A stretch of DNA of 64,000 bases, taken from contig OX597826.1 in assembly GCA_951406725.2 (NCBI GenBank), positions 45,322,001-45,386,000 of the forward strand, written 5' to 3'. This document shows, piece by piece, positions 13,301 to 27,377 of the stretch. The translations under genes were made by a program, and so were the position numbers. The stretch comes from Octopus vulgaris. Its lineage: Eukaryota. The notes beneath the pieces were generated by a model, which was not told the DNA's origin, made no database searches, and saw only the letters and a list, made by a program, of their open reading frames with translations. The first letter of the stretch is position 1; every line of letters begins with the position of its first letter.

Positions 13301-14548
13301 AATCTCTGTTGGCAGGACCCGACACCACTTGAGGGAGGAAAATATTGCTTTTATTGTTATTGTTATCGTTACTGTTAGTATCGCTGTTGCTTAATGGTGG
13401 TGGTGTTGGTGGTGGTTGGTGGTGACGAAAATGATGGTGATGTAGCTGATGTTGTTGTGCTTGCTTCACGTGGTTATAACTCCACTTTAAATGTCATACG
13501 TTAAATGAAGCAAGAAGATTTAAAGTCAAAAATAATCCACACAAGTATATTTGCGTCAGTATATATTAGTCTGTAAGTTATTTACGCATCCAGATACGCA
13601 AAAACATACGTATATTCAAGTATATATATATGTGAGTGTGTGTGTGCGTGTGTGTGTGAGTGTGTGTGTTTGTGTGTAATATATATGCATATATACGTAT
13701 ATATAATATATATGTATATATATATGTAATCGTATACATTTATATGTATGTATGTATATATTTTTGTAAGTGTGGGTGTATGTGTGTGTGTTTGTGGGTG
13801 TATATGTGTGTGCGTATATATGAGCCTCTATGTGTATATATATATGTGTGTGTGTGTGTGTGTATAATATATATGCATATATAAGTATATATATATTTAT
13901 GTATGTATGTATATCGGATACATGTACATGTATGTATGTATATATGTATGTATGTGTGGTTGTATGTGTGTGTGCGTATATATGAGCTTCTATGTGTACA
14001 TATGTTGTGTGTGTGTGTGTGTTTGTGTGTACGTGTCTTGATGAATGTGTAAGGCTATCAAGATTGCCAGAGGAAAGATGATACAGTAAAAACAAAAAAA
14101 AAAAAAAAACAGAAAATAAAAATACATACAAAGAGAAAAAAAATGTAGAAGATACCCTTCGGTATGCAGATATAGTTTTCTTGGTTTGAGGATAAAATAT
14201 AAGTGCTTGAGATGATGAGTTTGAGGATATCGTCTAGCTGAAGCATCTGCAAATATCAAACTGAAACCAAAGAAAAACCTACCCATTTTATTGAACTGGC
14301 GCGCGCACACACACACACACACACACATACACGCACATACAGATGTATGTGCTCATTCATACTATGTTACACAAGCATATGGACGCCTATGTACATATAT
14401 ATATATGTATATCTTTATATCTGTGTATATGTATGTACGTGTGTGATGTGTGTGTATCTATGCATGTATGTATGCGTGTATGGACGTATATGTAGCAGCA
14501 TATTTATATACGCATGTTTGTATATGTGCATTCAAGTATATACGTATG

Positions 14549-14582
<34 letters not shown>

Positions 14583-14663
14583 TGTATGTATGTATGTGTG
14601 TGTGTATGTATGTGTCCAAGCTAGCACACATACGCAGATACTTATGAATGTATACTGGTACTC

Positions 14664-14706
<43 letters not shown>

Positions 14707-14869
14707 GACCACACAGATACAAAGTCACATATCACATAGACACAAATACATACAGACCAGACACAGACTCACACACACAAACACACAAAAAGAAGCACAC
14801 ACAAGCAGACACATATATATAGGCAATCCAAAAATAATACAAAAAAAAACCCAAACAAACAAACAGGAA

Positions 14870-15060
14870 AACAACAAAAGTCAATTGGACGTGCTTAGAG
14901 AATGCATTAAGTTGAGGCTAAATGAAAGATTTTGTTGGAAAACTAGGAGTGACGTTTCAACTATGGCGCTTCATCGGAAAGAGGTAAAAGTTCAGAGAGG
15001 AAGAAAAGGAGGAGGAGCGGATAGTTAGAGAAAAAGCACTTGTTTCGTAACGTGGCCGAA
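14870..15060 (-). mobile_element. pLTR-like element with a degenerate hammerhead motif
   Basis: Minus strand CCGATGA-agcg..-GAAA-CG-TC at 14951-14977; resembles the 38837-39030 family; stem I is lost. Confidence 0.45.
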
Positions 15061-15655
15061 ACACAACTGATCGGAAGTTGGAGAGAGATAATATATATAC
15101 ACATTGATATAACACACGCTCAATTGCAAACGAATCATTAAAGATGTGTTAAACAATTTCTTTGTCCTCCTATTATTTGGATTATAATTTACACTTCGCC
15201 ATCACCACTTTACGGTGTTGCTGTCGTGAAACAAGGATTGGTCTGGAACCCGGCAGTGCTGATAGCCCAGTTTTCGGGTTGAGAGCTTCTCCGGAAATAC
15301 TCTACGTTTATGCCCTTTCAGAATCTAAGATACATACACATATATATATTCTTTTATCTTATACAAGTTTTAGTCATTGTGGAGAGGCTACACTAATATT
15401 CTTGTACCCTTTGTTCATATTGGTGTATGGTACTTATTTTATGGCTACAGAGCAGTATATTACCAGAATCAGTAAACGGTGGTGCGTATTCCAAAACTTT
15501 ACGTTTCGAATTCAAATCTCACCCAAGTCTACTGAGCTTTTTCAACCTTTCATATTCGACAAACTGAAGTAACTATCAGGTACAGCATTCGGTTTAGTCG
15601 ATTAAATACTTATGTCAATATAAATTGAGCTGGGACATGTGTGTGTGTGTGAGTA

Positions 15656-15708
<53 letters not shown>

Positions 15709-16226
15709 AATGCATAAAACAAAACCTGGAAGATTGGTAGGAGGAACATGGAATATTTTATAGAAATATATATTTAATGTATCATAAAGGCATGAAACTA
15801 TTAGTAACTCTTTCTGTTATGCATTAAATTGATTTTATATCCCACCGCATGGAATACTTTTTTGTTGATTTTACCTATATATTTTTGTTGATTTTACCTA
15901 TATATATATATACATACATGCACACACATTCACACACACACAAAAACACACAGTACCAGAAAAGTTTCAGACTAACTTTCAAATTTCACAAAGTGAACAA
16001 ATGGCATCTCTTCGAAGTCACAGTCAGCGTTTTCCTTGTAAAAACACATTTATATTTTTGGAAATATAAAAAGTTCTCACGCACACACAAAATGTTAAAG
16101 CTGCAAAGTTTAACAACCATAAAGCACATAAAATACAAGAATCAAATGCATTGAGTGATCCTTTTATTAACGTCTACCTTGTTTTTAGACACAACTACAT
16201 AAAAACAAACATTAATACATAAGTGT

Positions 16227-16278
<52 letters not shown>

Positions 16279-16505
16279 ATGCGTGTGCATGTGTGAATAT
16301 ATATACGTACAAATATAAAAGTATGAACTACTTTTGTATGCCGTATTTATTCGAGTACAATGCGATGACCCACTTTCTGAAGTTAAAATCAATAAGATAT
16401 TTTAACTTCTTATATGATATCACCTTCACGCCACCACTACAGCCATTGTTATCTATACTATACATGTATGTATGTCCCTCTCTCTCTTTCTCACTCTCTC
16501 TCTCT

Positions 16506-16546
<41 letters not shown>

Positions 16547-16904
16547 CACTAACGTAATATCACTGCGGTGTTTACAAACCATAAAGCATAAAACATAAAC
16601 AATGTTTTTTTTTTTAATAAATAAACTCAAACAGAATCACTAAAACTGGAATTGCTTCTGCTGAATAAGTTTTTCTGAAAAATCTATGGAGCGAAGGTAG
16701 TAGCATAAGTTTTTTTTTTTTTTTTGTAAATTCTCAGTCATTGTGCAATAAAATTGTTTATCACTTAAAAACTATCAGAGTCTGATTCGTCATCTGACTC
16801 TAAAAAAATAACAGCTTCTAATTTAAACGCAAGGCTTGCAACCTCGTGTGGGTGATTTGTCTAATATGTCAGCCCTAGTAAGTAACTGGTATCTTATTTT
16901 ATCG

Positions 16905-17130
16905 CGAACTGGCAGAAGCGTTAGCACGCCGGGCGAAATGCGTAGCCGTATTTCGTCTGCCGTTACGTTCTGAGTTCAAATTTCGCCGAGGTCGACTTTG
17001 CCTTTCATCCTTTCGGGGTCGATTAAATAAGTACCAGTTACGCACTGGGGTCGATATAATCGACTTAATCCGTTTGCCTGTCCTTGTTTGTTCTCTCTGT
17101 GTTTAGCCTCTTGTGAGTAGTAAAGAAATA
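16905..17130 (+). mobile_element. Full SINE family A copy with 17-bp target-site duplication
   Basis: ggtatcttattttatcg at 16888-16904 and 17131-17147. Confidence 0.95.
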
Positions 17131-17343
17131 GGTATCTTATTTTATCGACTTTGTCCTTGATATGATTCTAAACTTCATCCGTTTTTCTGGCCTTGGTTCA
17201 GGATTTTCATGGTTTTGAGGCATATGAATCTACCTCCTAGCATTTGTTATTCGAAAGTCTAATGCGATCCGGGGTGATAACACCTGTTTTATACCCTGGT
17301 TTTGGATAAATAATTTAACGAAGCAGAGGGAAAGAAAATATTC

Positions 17344-17500
17344 AAACGACGCACTATGATTGCTGTTAAACGAGGTTAAATGCTCTCTACCAACGGCTCA
17401 CAGTCAACTGCTGCAAGGCCTTTATTTTATAGCAATCTGTCAGTTCACTTTTAAGTTACTTGGGAGTGGTCGGAATCCTTCCACAACAACCTGTCATGGT
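17344..17500 (+). repeat. Unclassified dispersed repeat, copy 1
   Basis: aaacgacgcacta...cggctcaca...tggtcggaatcc.tccacaacaa also occurs at 20603-20775. Confidence 0.7.
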
Positions 17501-17909
17501 CCCAACTATGAGACCAAATTAAGTAGCTTACTAAGGCTATGCATGTAAAAACTGGATCTAGTGGACTCTGTGGAAGAGGCTTTCATGGTTCAACGGAGGA
17601 GGAGGCGGCAGCTCATAACGCATTGTAGCGTACAGAGGGTAAGATGAGGCAAGAAAACATCTTGGTCATCCACTACAGTTATCTCCACCCTCAGTCTTCT
17701 TGACCTGGTCTTGCGAGTGATTGAATATGGTCACGGATGAGTGAGGTAGCGCAACTCTTCCGGTCGGTGTATCATTTTTTCACTTTAAATAAGTGGTTCT
17801 CAACCATTTTTTGTCTCTGAACCTCACTGAATCCTATTTTGCTCTACTGGACCCCCACCCCATATTTTAAAAAGTCATATTTTTATAATTAAATATCGAT
17901 TTCAAATTC

Positions 17910-18108
17910 CTGCACGAGGCTAACACTTTCGAGGAGAGTGTAAGTCGATTACATCGATCCCAGTGCTCGACTGGTTCTTATTTAATCAACCCCGGAAGGA
18001 TGAAACGAAAAGCAAACTTCGACGGAATTTGAACTCAGAACGGGAAGACGGGCGAAATGCTGCTGAGCATTTTGTCCGGCGTGCTAATGATTCTGCCGGC
18101 TCGCCGGC
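17910..18108 (-). mobile_element. SINE family A
   Basis: aatttgaactcagaacg...cggcgtgctaatgattctgccggctcgcc. Confidence 0.85.
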
Positions 18109-18148
18109 ATATTTTTATAATATAATATTATTAGAAATTGTATATATG

Positions 18149-18400
18149 TGGAGGCGCGTGGCTTAGTGGTTAGGGGTGTAAGCATCATGATCGTAAGATT
18201 GTGGTTTCGATTCCTGAACCGGGTGACGCATTGTGATCTTGAGCAAAACACTTCATTTCCCGTTGCTCCAGTCCACTCAGCTGGCAAAAATGAGTAACGC
18301 TGAGATGGACTGGCGTCCCGTCCAACTGGGGAGCACATACGCCATTGAAACCGGGAAACCGGGCCCATGAGCCTAGCTAGGCTTTAAAAGGGCGCATTTA
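18149..18400 (+). mobile_element. tRNA-derived SINE family C
   Basis: ggaggcgcgTGGCTTAGTGG (A box)...GGTTTCGATTCC (B box)...gctccagtccactcagctggcaaaaatgagta. Confidence 0.9.
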
Positions 18401-18580
18401 TCTATTATTATATAAAAATTGCTAAAATATTTTGTACATTGAAATATAACCAATTTATTGCTCAAAATTTTTAACAAGAACTTAATACGGACTCTCAAGT
18501 GTCATATGAATCCTGGCCGAGAACCAATGCTTTTGACAAATTCACTACGCGAGTCAACAGTCATCTTTAGTGGTTGTTAG

Positions 18581-18800
18581 TGGAAGCGCGTGGCTTAGTG
18601 GTTAGGGTGTTGGACTCATGATAATAAGATTACGGTTTCGATTACTGGACCGAGGAACGCATTGCGTTCTTGAGCAAAACACCTCATTTCACATTGCTCC
18701 AGTCCACTCAGCAGGTAAAGATGAGTAATCCACCGACAGACTGACGTCTTGTCCAGGTGGGGAGTATATACACCATGAAAACTAGGAAATTGGCCCGAAG
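18581..18800 (+). mobile_element. SINE family C, second copy
   Basis: Collinear with 18149-18370. Confidence 0.85.
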
Positions 18801-19054
18801 GAAAACTTAGCTATTTTTTAAACTTAAGGATGGTTAGATGGTACTCGTCGATTCGACAGACAAGCATGATTTTTATCGTACCCAAAGTGGTAAAAGGCAA
18901 AGTTGACGTTGACATGATTTGATCTCAGAACTTAACGAGCAGGATCCAATACCACCAAGCGTTTTCCTCTGACGCTCTAACGATTCTGTGCGTTCATAAA
19001 CTTTAGCCATTTCTTCTTTAAACTTTTAATCTGTGTCCTATCATTTTATCATTC

Positions 19055-19312
19055 TCTTTTATCTTTTATCGTTTATTTGTTTCAGTTATTGCGGCCATGC
19101 TGGAGCACTACTTGAAAGGTTGTTTCGTTTTAGTCGAACAGATCAACTCCAATACTTGTTTTAAAGTTTGATATTTATTCTATCGATACCTTTTGCCGAA
19201 CTGCTAAGTTGTCTGGACATGAACAAACCAACACTAGTTGGCGGGTGATGACAAACACAGACACAAAACGCGCGCGTACACAGACACATGTACACAAACG
19301 CATATGTGTGTA

Positions 19313-19346
<34 letters not shown>

Positions 19347-19500
19347 CATATGATAGGCTTCCCACAGTTTCTGTCGATCAATTCACTCACAAAGCGCTAG
19401 CCGCCAGGAACTCTGGTAGAAGAAACTTAGCCAAGATGCCTCATGGTGAGACCGAACCCGAAGCGACACACTTAGAAAGCGAGCTTCTTAACAACGTAGC
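19055..19500 (-). mobile_element. SINE family B (full, diverged)
   Basis: Both halves present in reverse complement around a (TG)n tract. Confidence 0.8.
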
Positions 19501-20602
19501 CAAACGTTCAGTGGGTAAAAGTACTTCATTTTTCACCATTCCAGTATTTCCCATTCCAGTATTTCCCATTCTTGCCAGTTTGTTACAGATGTTATTTCAA
19601 GAAATTCTTGGAAACCAATATATTCAGGTAAAGCATTCCAAACTACTTCCAAGTAGCAGCAGTAATAATACTAGGTTTTTCTTTCGAGATTACCTCCTGC
19701 TGTTTGTTTTTCCACTTCACCAGATGACATCTGTGATAATCCGGTGTTTCTAAGCTTCATCGTTAAATGGTTTGTTCAAAAGAATTTTAAGTAGGTGAAG
19801 AACACTTGTGAAACCGCATGGAATTACATCTTGATGGGTCTTCATATCTTTCAATGTGCGCTACAGTGGATCAGTATGATAAGCTCTAAACTGGGTTCAC
19901 GTCAGCGTTGCAGGCTTCTTTAAAAAGTGTCGTAGGTCGTTAATCCCATACTTTTATCAGCCACAAATCTAAGCTCAAATACAGGTCTATCAAATATTAT
20001 ACAACATGAATTCTGGATTTATTAAAATTATTTTCGCTTATTTCAAAAGGCAATTGAGACTAGCTCCGTGTAAGAAATAATCTCAAGATTACCATAAAAT
20101 TCTTTAAAGTTGACATGACTTGAAGACAAAAAGACAGGCTTATTGTCTTGAGAGTTTAGGACACTCGTAGATACGTATTTCTGAATCAATAACTGTTATC
20201 AGTATGACTATTGTCCGAACATATCTCCAGTAGTCAAAGGGGTAAGGAAAAAGGATTAGAAAATATTTATGGCTTAAGTAATTTGCATAATTTAAACAAA
20301 ACTGAACTAAGAAAAATAGCTCAGTGTGGTCAGTGTCATGTATTTTAACAATATAGACAAATAAAGGTATATCAGGTACCGTATAGTCAGACAGTCAGTT
20401 GGCAGCCATTAGGAAGATAAGGAACAATGACTTCAAAAAGAATGTATTCACTTCTTGGAATTGATTGCCTTTAAAGAGATGACTCCCAGTAACTTGGGGT
20501 CATTTTTGTTAAAAACCACAAGTCTGCAGAAAAATGTATAGTTCTTTTATATCCTTGTATGTTGGATATATGATATAACGACGCAAGGGGGAAGAACGTA
20601 TG

Positions 20603-20775
20603 TAAACGACGCACTACTATTACTATTACACGAGACTCAACTCTCTCAACCACGGCTCACAATGAACTGCTTACCAACCCGAACTGCTAATTGCTTACAG
20701 TTATTTACTTTATAACAACGAGACTCCACCTTCAGTCACTTGGTGGATGGTCGGAATCCCTCCACAACAAGTCCC
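20603..20775 (+). repeat. Unclassified dispersed repeat, copy 2
   Basis: Diverged match to 17344-17500. Confidence 0.7.
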
Positions 20776-22321
20776 GTGCATTTTTTGCTCTATCAGACAT
20801 AGTTTATTCAGTGATCGTATCCCTGACTCATCAAAATACGTGAGTCTCATCCGTGTTTCCAGTTTGACTCAGTTCAAAATCACATTACTGTTTCTCGGTG
20901 ATAGCACAAATTTATGGTACTGCACAATACGACATAACTAAATCAGAAGGAATTTTATATGATTTCCTTTGTTTTCTAATGCCGAGCAAAAGAATGCTTT
21001 CAGAAAAATCTCTGGCACCACCCATTTGAACATTTGAAAGAATGACGAATTCCATATTCGCCATCCTTTGATATTTTCTTGTATTGTTGTTTTCGGGCGT
21101 ATCGTTTTTGCTGTTCTGTTTATTCAGCGTATTTTCCATTTCTAAGTAGCGAACCTGCTTTCTACTTACAAACTATTATACTACCGTTTGGCATTATACA
21201 GCAAATTCTATACCTTCAAGTTCAAATTTGCACTGTAAGCAAAATACCTAATTTTCGCATTCATACGTTTACCATAAAAAATGCGTACTAAAAATAATTT
21301 TTCCTACAAGAATACATCAGGAAAGTAGGTTCTATATATCATAATCCGTTAAACATCAAAGTATATAATGAGACACTATGAAAGTTGAAGCAAATTAACA
21401 ATTGCCATTGGTTATATTCGCTGGCCCATTGGAGTTTTGTAGCCATAGACTATGAAATATATGTATTAGTCGCTAGGTGTCTTGGGTTTATTTACCATCC
21501 GACATCTTTTTTAGAGATTTGTTGTTTTTGTTGTTGATTATTTTACACTCCAGAATATTCGAAACGGTACGTATATACTCCCTCTCCGTCATCTTTCACA
21601 CTAGAGCATTAATTCGCAGCACAAGGTAATTTATGTAATGTATGTGAATAGCTACTGGCAGTTTTGTGGGGAAAATACCTTTAGGGAAAATATAGCATTC
21701 CGAGTGGTCTACGTAGGTATGATATTTCAGAGTATGTATGTATGTATGTATGTATGTATGTATGTATGTATGTATGTATGTATGTTACTGCTCTGAAAAC
21801 CGTGAATACAGAGCTATTACTGGATCATATTTATCGATAATAATTAGAAAACAATATGCATAATATGTGAAGCACTCAGCAACAGGTGATGCTAGTGCGC
21901 AGAAACAATTGTTGTGATTTGGGTAAAAGCCTGTTCATTCCATCTTCTTGTATTATGTGCGTTTGTGTGTGTATGTGGGGGGAGTACTTGTGTGTGTGTC
22001 TGCGTGTACGTGTGTATTTATATGTATATGTATATATATATATATGTGTGTGTGTGTATGTATAAACACACAGACACACACATACATATATATATGTATG
22101 TATGTATGTATATACGTACAAACTGGATGTAGGTCTTTCGATGCCTATGCATGTTCACATACACATATGTGTGTATTTGTATGTATGAGTGTATACATGT
22201 GTACATGCGTGTATAAAGCAGGTATGCTTGTCTTCACGTTAAACATAATTTGCTCGGTGTCAATTTCTTAATGTCAAACAAGACAATTTACTTTCTGTTC
22301 AGCGTCTATAGCAAGAAATGA

Positions 22322-22337
22322 AGTGCCCTCTTGTGGA
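22322..22337 (-). promoter_or_regulatory. Candidate CTCF-like motif
   Basis: Minus strand TCCACAAGAGGGCACT matches the CCASYAGRKGGCRS core with one deviation; motif match only. Confidence 0.3.
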
Positions 22338-22449
22338 ACTGAAATCTGAATCGTTAAACCTCACTTAATACCTATCTTTGACATCAGGGATTATTTATAT
22401 ATACGCCAGATTAAACACTCTTCCTTAACCACTCGGCCATTCTGTAGCT

Positions 22450-22538
<89 letters not shown>

Positions 22539-23077
22539 CGGTCACACATGATTTCCGCACCATGTTTACTTGCTTCGGGTAAATTTCGTTATCGGATATC
22601 TTTGAATTTCTTAAGACGGTTGAACTGTATTGTGTATCCAAGTCTTGTTGTTGTTGTTGTTGTTGTTCTTGCTACCAGGGATGTTGCTTTTGTTGCTGTT
22701 CGTGGTGGTTTGGATATTATTTTTGCAGTTATGTTGTTTTACATTTCTGTTGTTACATTGTTATTTTTTGGTCGCTGTGTTGCCGAAGGTTAGCGACTAA
22801 TTCAGTAAAAAAAAAAATAAATAAAAAATAAAAAAAAATAAGCTATGATCAAATTCATTCCAGCTGTAACCAGCACAAATTTTTATTTGTAAATGGATCT
22901 TTTACCACCACCACCACCACCACCACAACTACCACCACCCGCCACCACCACCACCACCACCACCACCACCACCAACACCAGCACCAACACCAGCACCAGC
23001 ACAACCATCACCAACACCACCACCAACACCACCAACACCATCCGCTGCCACCACCACCGCTGCTACTACTACTACTA

Positions 23078-23145
<68 letters not shown>

Positions 23146-23329
23146 GCACACGCACATACACAGCCGTGTATACGGATATTATGCATATTACGTTATTTTA
23201 AAAAAAAACTAAGGTATGATTTTTGGGCTGTTACTATTTAGGGTAAAATGTTTCAAATGGGGGCTAAAATGTTTCAAAAAATTGACTGGATTTCTTTTTG
23301 TCATTGTCTTGTGTGTGTGTGTGAGAGAG

Positions 23330-23361
<32 letters not shown>

Positions 23362-23634
23362 TGTGTGTGTGTGTGTGCGTGCGAGTGTATGTGTCGGTGT
23401 CTGTGTAACTGAAAGGAGTGCTAATGGAAAAGAGAAGGAAAGAAAGAAGGAAGAGAGAAAGAAGAAAAAATGTGTTGACATCTTTGCAGCTGGTCAGTTC
23501 TTTCAATATAAAATGATTCTTGGCTGTTACTACTTTTGAAAGACTAATAGACAGTATAGAAACTTCATGGTTCATTCTATCGATAATAGTTGCTGATACG
23601 TACATGCATATCTATTATAGTTATAAGCTTTTGG

Positions 23635-24190
23635 GGGTAGAATAGTCACGAGAGATGAGACCTGGGTCTAACTTTTATAGTCAGAATCCAAAAGCCAAAG
23701 TTTGGAAAAAACCGGAATCGCCTGCAGAAAAGAAATTGAAAATTGAAAAGGTGGTGCTAACCAAATTTTATTTGCGTAGGTGGGAGTGGGGTCACTAAAG
23801 AGCCTATACCTCGAAAAGGGGATTACAGTCACCAGTGTAGGCTATATTGAAATGTTGGTCAACAAAACTGAAACCAGCGATTCGCACCCAACGCTGAACT
23901 CTATTGTCAGAGGAAGTATTACTGTTGCACGACAATGCCCAACGACATACAGCCGTTCACAGTGTTGAAACCATCGATAAATTGGGTTTAGAGTTGCTGA
24001 AACTCCCTGCATACAATCCATATCTCGCCTCTTTGGACCGCTTATGCATCTTTTTATGAAATAGTCGATTTGGTACGAACGAAGAAGCACTGGAAGCGAC
24101 CAGCCGAAAACTTCCGATGAAATGAGTAAGCTTATGGACCGCTGGATTGTAAAAACTAAATTCAATTGTCTGTGTTATGAGCATGAACGT
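23635..24190 (+). pseudogene. Decayed mariner transposase (catalytic domain)
   Basis: Frame-shifted motifs RIVTRDETWV, KVVLT, YLEKGITVTS, LHDNAQRHTA, PAYNPYLA, LFGPL. Confidence 0.8.
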
Positions 24191-24312
24191 TAATTATTCA
24201 ATCTTACATCAATTACAATTAAAAAGCAACAAAAACATTTTAATGGACGATGCAATCAAGTGAGTTCAATCCACAGCCATCGAAATTCACTTCATTATGT
24301 CTGAAACACAGA

Positions 24313-24530
24313 AGGCGGCGAGCTGGCAGAAACGTTAGCGCGCCGGGCGAAATGCGTAGCCGTATTTCGTCTGTCGTTACGTTCCGCCGAGGTCGACATT
24401 GCTTTTATCCTTTCGGGGTCGATAAATTAAGTACGAGTTACGCACTGGGGTCGATGTAATCGACTTAATCCCTTTGTCTATCCTTGTTTGTCCTCTCTGT
24501 GTTTAGCCCCTTGTGGGTAGTAAAGAAATA
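24313..24530 (+). mobile_element. SINE family A (internal deletion in the B-box region)
   Basis: ggcggcgagctggcagaaacgttagc...gtgggtagtaaagaaata. Confidence 0.9.
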
Positions 24531-25255
24531 TATATCTCAAACACATACCAAATTGAAACCCTTTTATGTCCAAGATAGACTCTTGTCATCACAACATACA
24601 ATAATAATATATGTGTGTATATAAATGTATATAATTATCTAATTCTTCTGCTTGTAACTACAACAAAAAATATAAACAATTACATCTTCAATACAACTCT
24701 TTTATCTATTTAAATTAGTTGGTATAAAAATTAATTGTTTAAATTATGTAATACTTATCTATATTTATTTATTATTTTCTCGTAGGGATAATTATTTAGT
24801 AGATATGAAGACAAACCTAATGGGAATTTCTCTCTTTGTTTACTTAAGCTATCGCAGCGAGGATTCCGTAATTATTATATTTTAGGCTACAGCAATGGAA
24901 ATCGAATTTACTCATTTTTTAGGGCTAACCAGATTTGAATTTATTTAAGAATTGACTAACATACGCATATCATGGAAGGGAGAATTTAGTGAATCGACAG
25001 AAAACATTGATACAAACCAAACAAGCAACAAGCAATATTCCCGATGAACTAATCTATGTTATTACTTATAAGAACTAAAGGTATATTTTTGCCAATGTTT
25101 GAAACGATAAACGCGTTCTTTAAACGTGTTTGCAGGAGAATTCTCTGAGAACAGGATGAGAAATTGCTCGTTACAGAGCAGACAAAAAGATCTACCTGTA
25201 TCAAATGGGAAGGGTCTAGATAGAATATTCCATTCCAAATCAAATTGTTTATTGG

Positions 25256-25328
<73 letters not shown>

Positions 25329-25331
25329 TTG

Positions 25332-25540
25332 ATGTCTGTGTATGTCCCACCACCATCGCTTGATAACGGATGTTGGTGTGTTTACGTCCCCGTAACGTAG
25401 AGGTTCGGCAAAAGTGACCGACAGAATAAGTACTAGGCTTAGAAAGAATAAGTCCTGGGATCAATTTGTTCGACTAAAAGGCGGTGTTCCAGCATGGCCG
25501 CAGTCAAATGAATGAAACAAATAAATGAATAAAAGAATAT
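25332..25540 (+). mobile_element. SINE family B, 3' half
   Basis: cgcttgataacgga...ccagcatggccgcagtcaaatgaatgaaac. Confidence 0.85.
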
Positions 25541-25713
25541 ACATATAAAAGAATATACATATATATATATATATATAAAATACTATTACTATTATTTACA
25601 GAATTGTAAAAACCGACACTGCTTCAAAAACCATGCATATATGTGTGTATATAAATATATATTTTTTTTATCTAGTTTCAGCTCACAAGCTGTGGCCATG
25701 CTGGGGCACCGCC

Positions 25714-25752
<39 letters not shown>

Positions 25753-25755
<3 letters not shown>

Positions 25756-26028
25756 TGAATAAGGGTAGAAATTGATATTAATCAATTAAAACCTGTGGCC
25801 CAGCTTATTAAAAAAATCCGAAGATTAAAATATTTTTAGATACAAAATTTAAAGGACTGACCACAAAAAGTGGACGGTCAATATGCTAGATATAGACGTC
25901 AAAATCGCTTATTATTTCGTATATTGCTTATTTTTTACACTTTGGTTTGTGCTGAGTTTTTATTTGAGAACATATTCTTCGTGGAAAATAGCGATTTTGA
26001 CGTCTATATCTAGCATATTGACCATCCA
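25753..26028. mobile_element. (TA)n-flanked element with a 39-bp inverted repeat
   Basis: tggacggtcaatatgctagatatagacgtcaaaatcgct (25871-25909) is inverted at 25990-26028. Confidence 0.75.
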
Positions 26029-26669
26029 TATATATATATATACACACATAATTATTTGGACTTCGGTTATATGTCTATTAGTATGCCGATTAAAGCACAT
26101 TCGGCGTTTGAGCTACCTGATGCCATTCACAGTTACGGTATAATTTTCACTGGATCTACGTCAGGAATTCCGAAGTGTTCGTTTGGTTTATAATTGATGA
26201 GGGAAACCAGATCCACTTCTGTTTCTCTCATCAATTATATATATATTGAGAGAAAGTGTATGTGTGTTATAGAGAGAGAGAGAGAGAGAAAGAGAGATAT
26301 ATAGATATAGATATACGTGCGCAAACATATATATTCATGTGTGTTCATATTCATGAGCGTATGTGTAGCACTTGTGAGTACAGAGAATCAAAGAGAAGAG
26401 GAGAGTAGAGAGACCGCCGACTGATTTGCTACGACTTTTGATATCTCGAGAGATATTTTTTTTTCTCATGCATTGCAGTAAATGTGCGTTGCTTTTGTTA
26501 TTATTGTTCCTGGTGGTCTCAGGTGGTGCTGGGTCTACAAAATTCAACGGCGTATATCGATTTAGTTGACATTGGGGTGGGAAATGAGGAAACCTGTACA
26601 AATGCTGATTTATATGTAGGGGGGTGAGATAATGTGGCTTGTAGTGAACAGTTGCAAGGAGAGGGCAGT

Positions 26670-26670
26670 C

Positions 26671-26743
<73 letters not shown>

Positions 26744-26884
26744 ATAGTAGTAGTAGTAGCAGCAGCAGTAGTAGTAGTAGCAGTAGTAGTAGTAATAGTA
26801 GTGGTAGTAGTAGTGGTAGTAGTAGTGCTAATAGTAGTAGTAGAAGTAGTAGTAGTGGTAGTAGTAGTAGTAGTAGTAGTAGCG

Positions 26885-26922
<38 letters not shown>

Positions 26923-27253
26923 GGTAGTAGTAGTAGTAGTGGTAGTATTGGTGGTAGTAGTAGCAGCAGCAATAGCAGCAGTGATGGCGGTGGAGGTGAT
27001 GGTGTGTCGTTAATTGCGGTGGTGGTGGTGGTGTGGTGGTTGTAATTGTAGTAGTGGTAGTTGTAGCATAAGTATTTGCGTAGGTTACAACCCGTGTAGT
27101 TGTAATATTAGTAGTAGTAGTAGTGCAGCAGCAGTGGTGTTCTTGGTTGAGATGGGGTTGGTGGTGGTCCAGGTTGTAGTTGCAGGTGTATTATTTGCAA
27201 CATAAATACTTGCCTCGGTTACGATACGAGTATTAATAGTAGTAGTAGTATTT

Positions 27254-27302
<49 letters not shown>

Positions 27303-27308
27303 TAGTAA

Positions 27309-27377
<69 letters not shown>

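Larger units (their letters stand above)
17791..18530. mobile_element. Decayed hAT-type MITE interrupted by SINE A and SINE C
   Basis: Termini (a)agtggttctcaacc ... ggccgagaaccaatg resemble CAGTGGTTCTCAACC inverted ends. Confidence 0.55.

Noticed and set aside
18149-18225. tRNA-like sequences with A/B boxes (also SINE A and B heads)
   Set aside because: They are 5' heads of multi-copy SINEs, lack a complete cloverleaf, and continue into SINE bodies
26632-27045. Ser/Gly-rich ORF as a possible structural-protein exon
   Set aside because: Pure (AGT)n/(GGT)n with no synonymous codon variation or splice support
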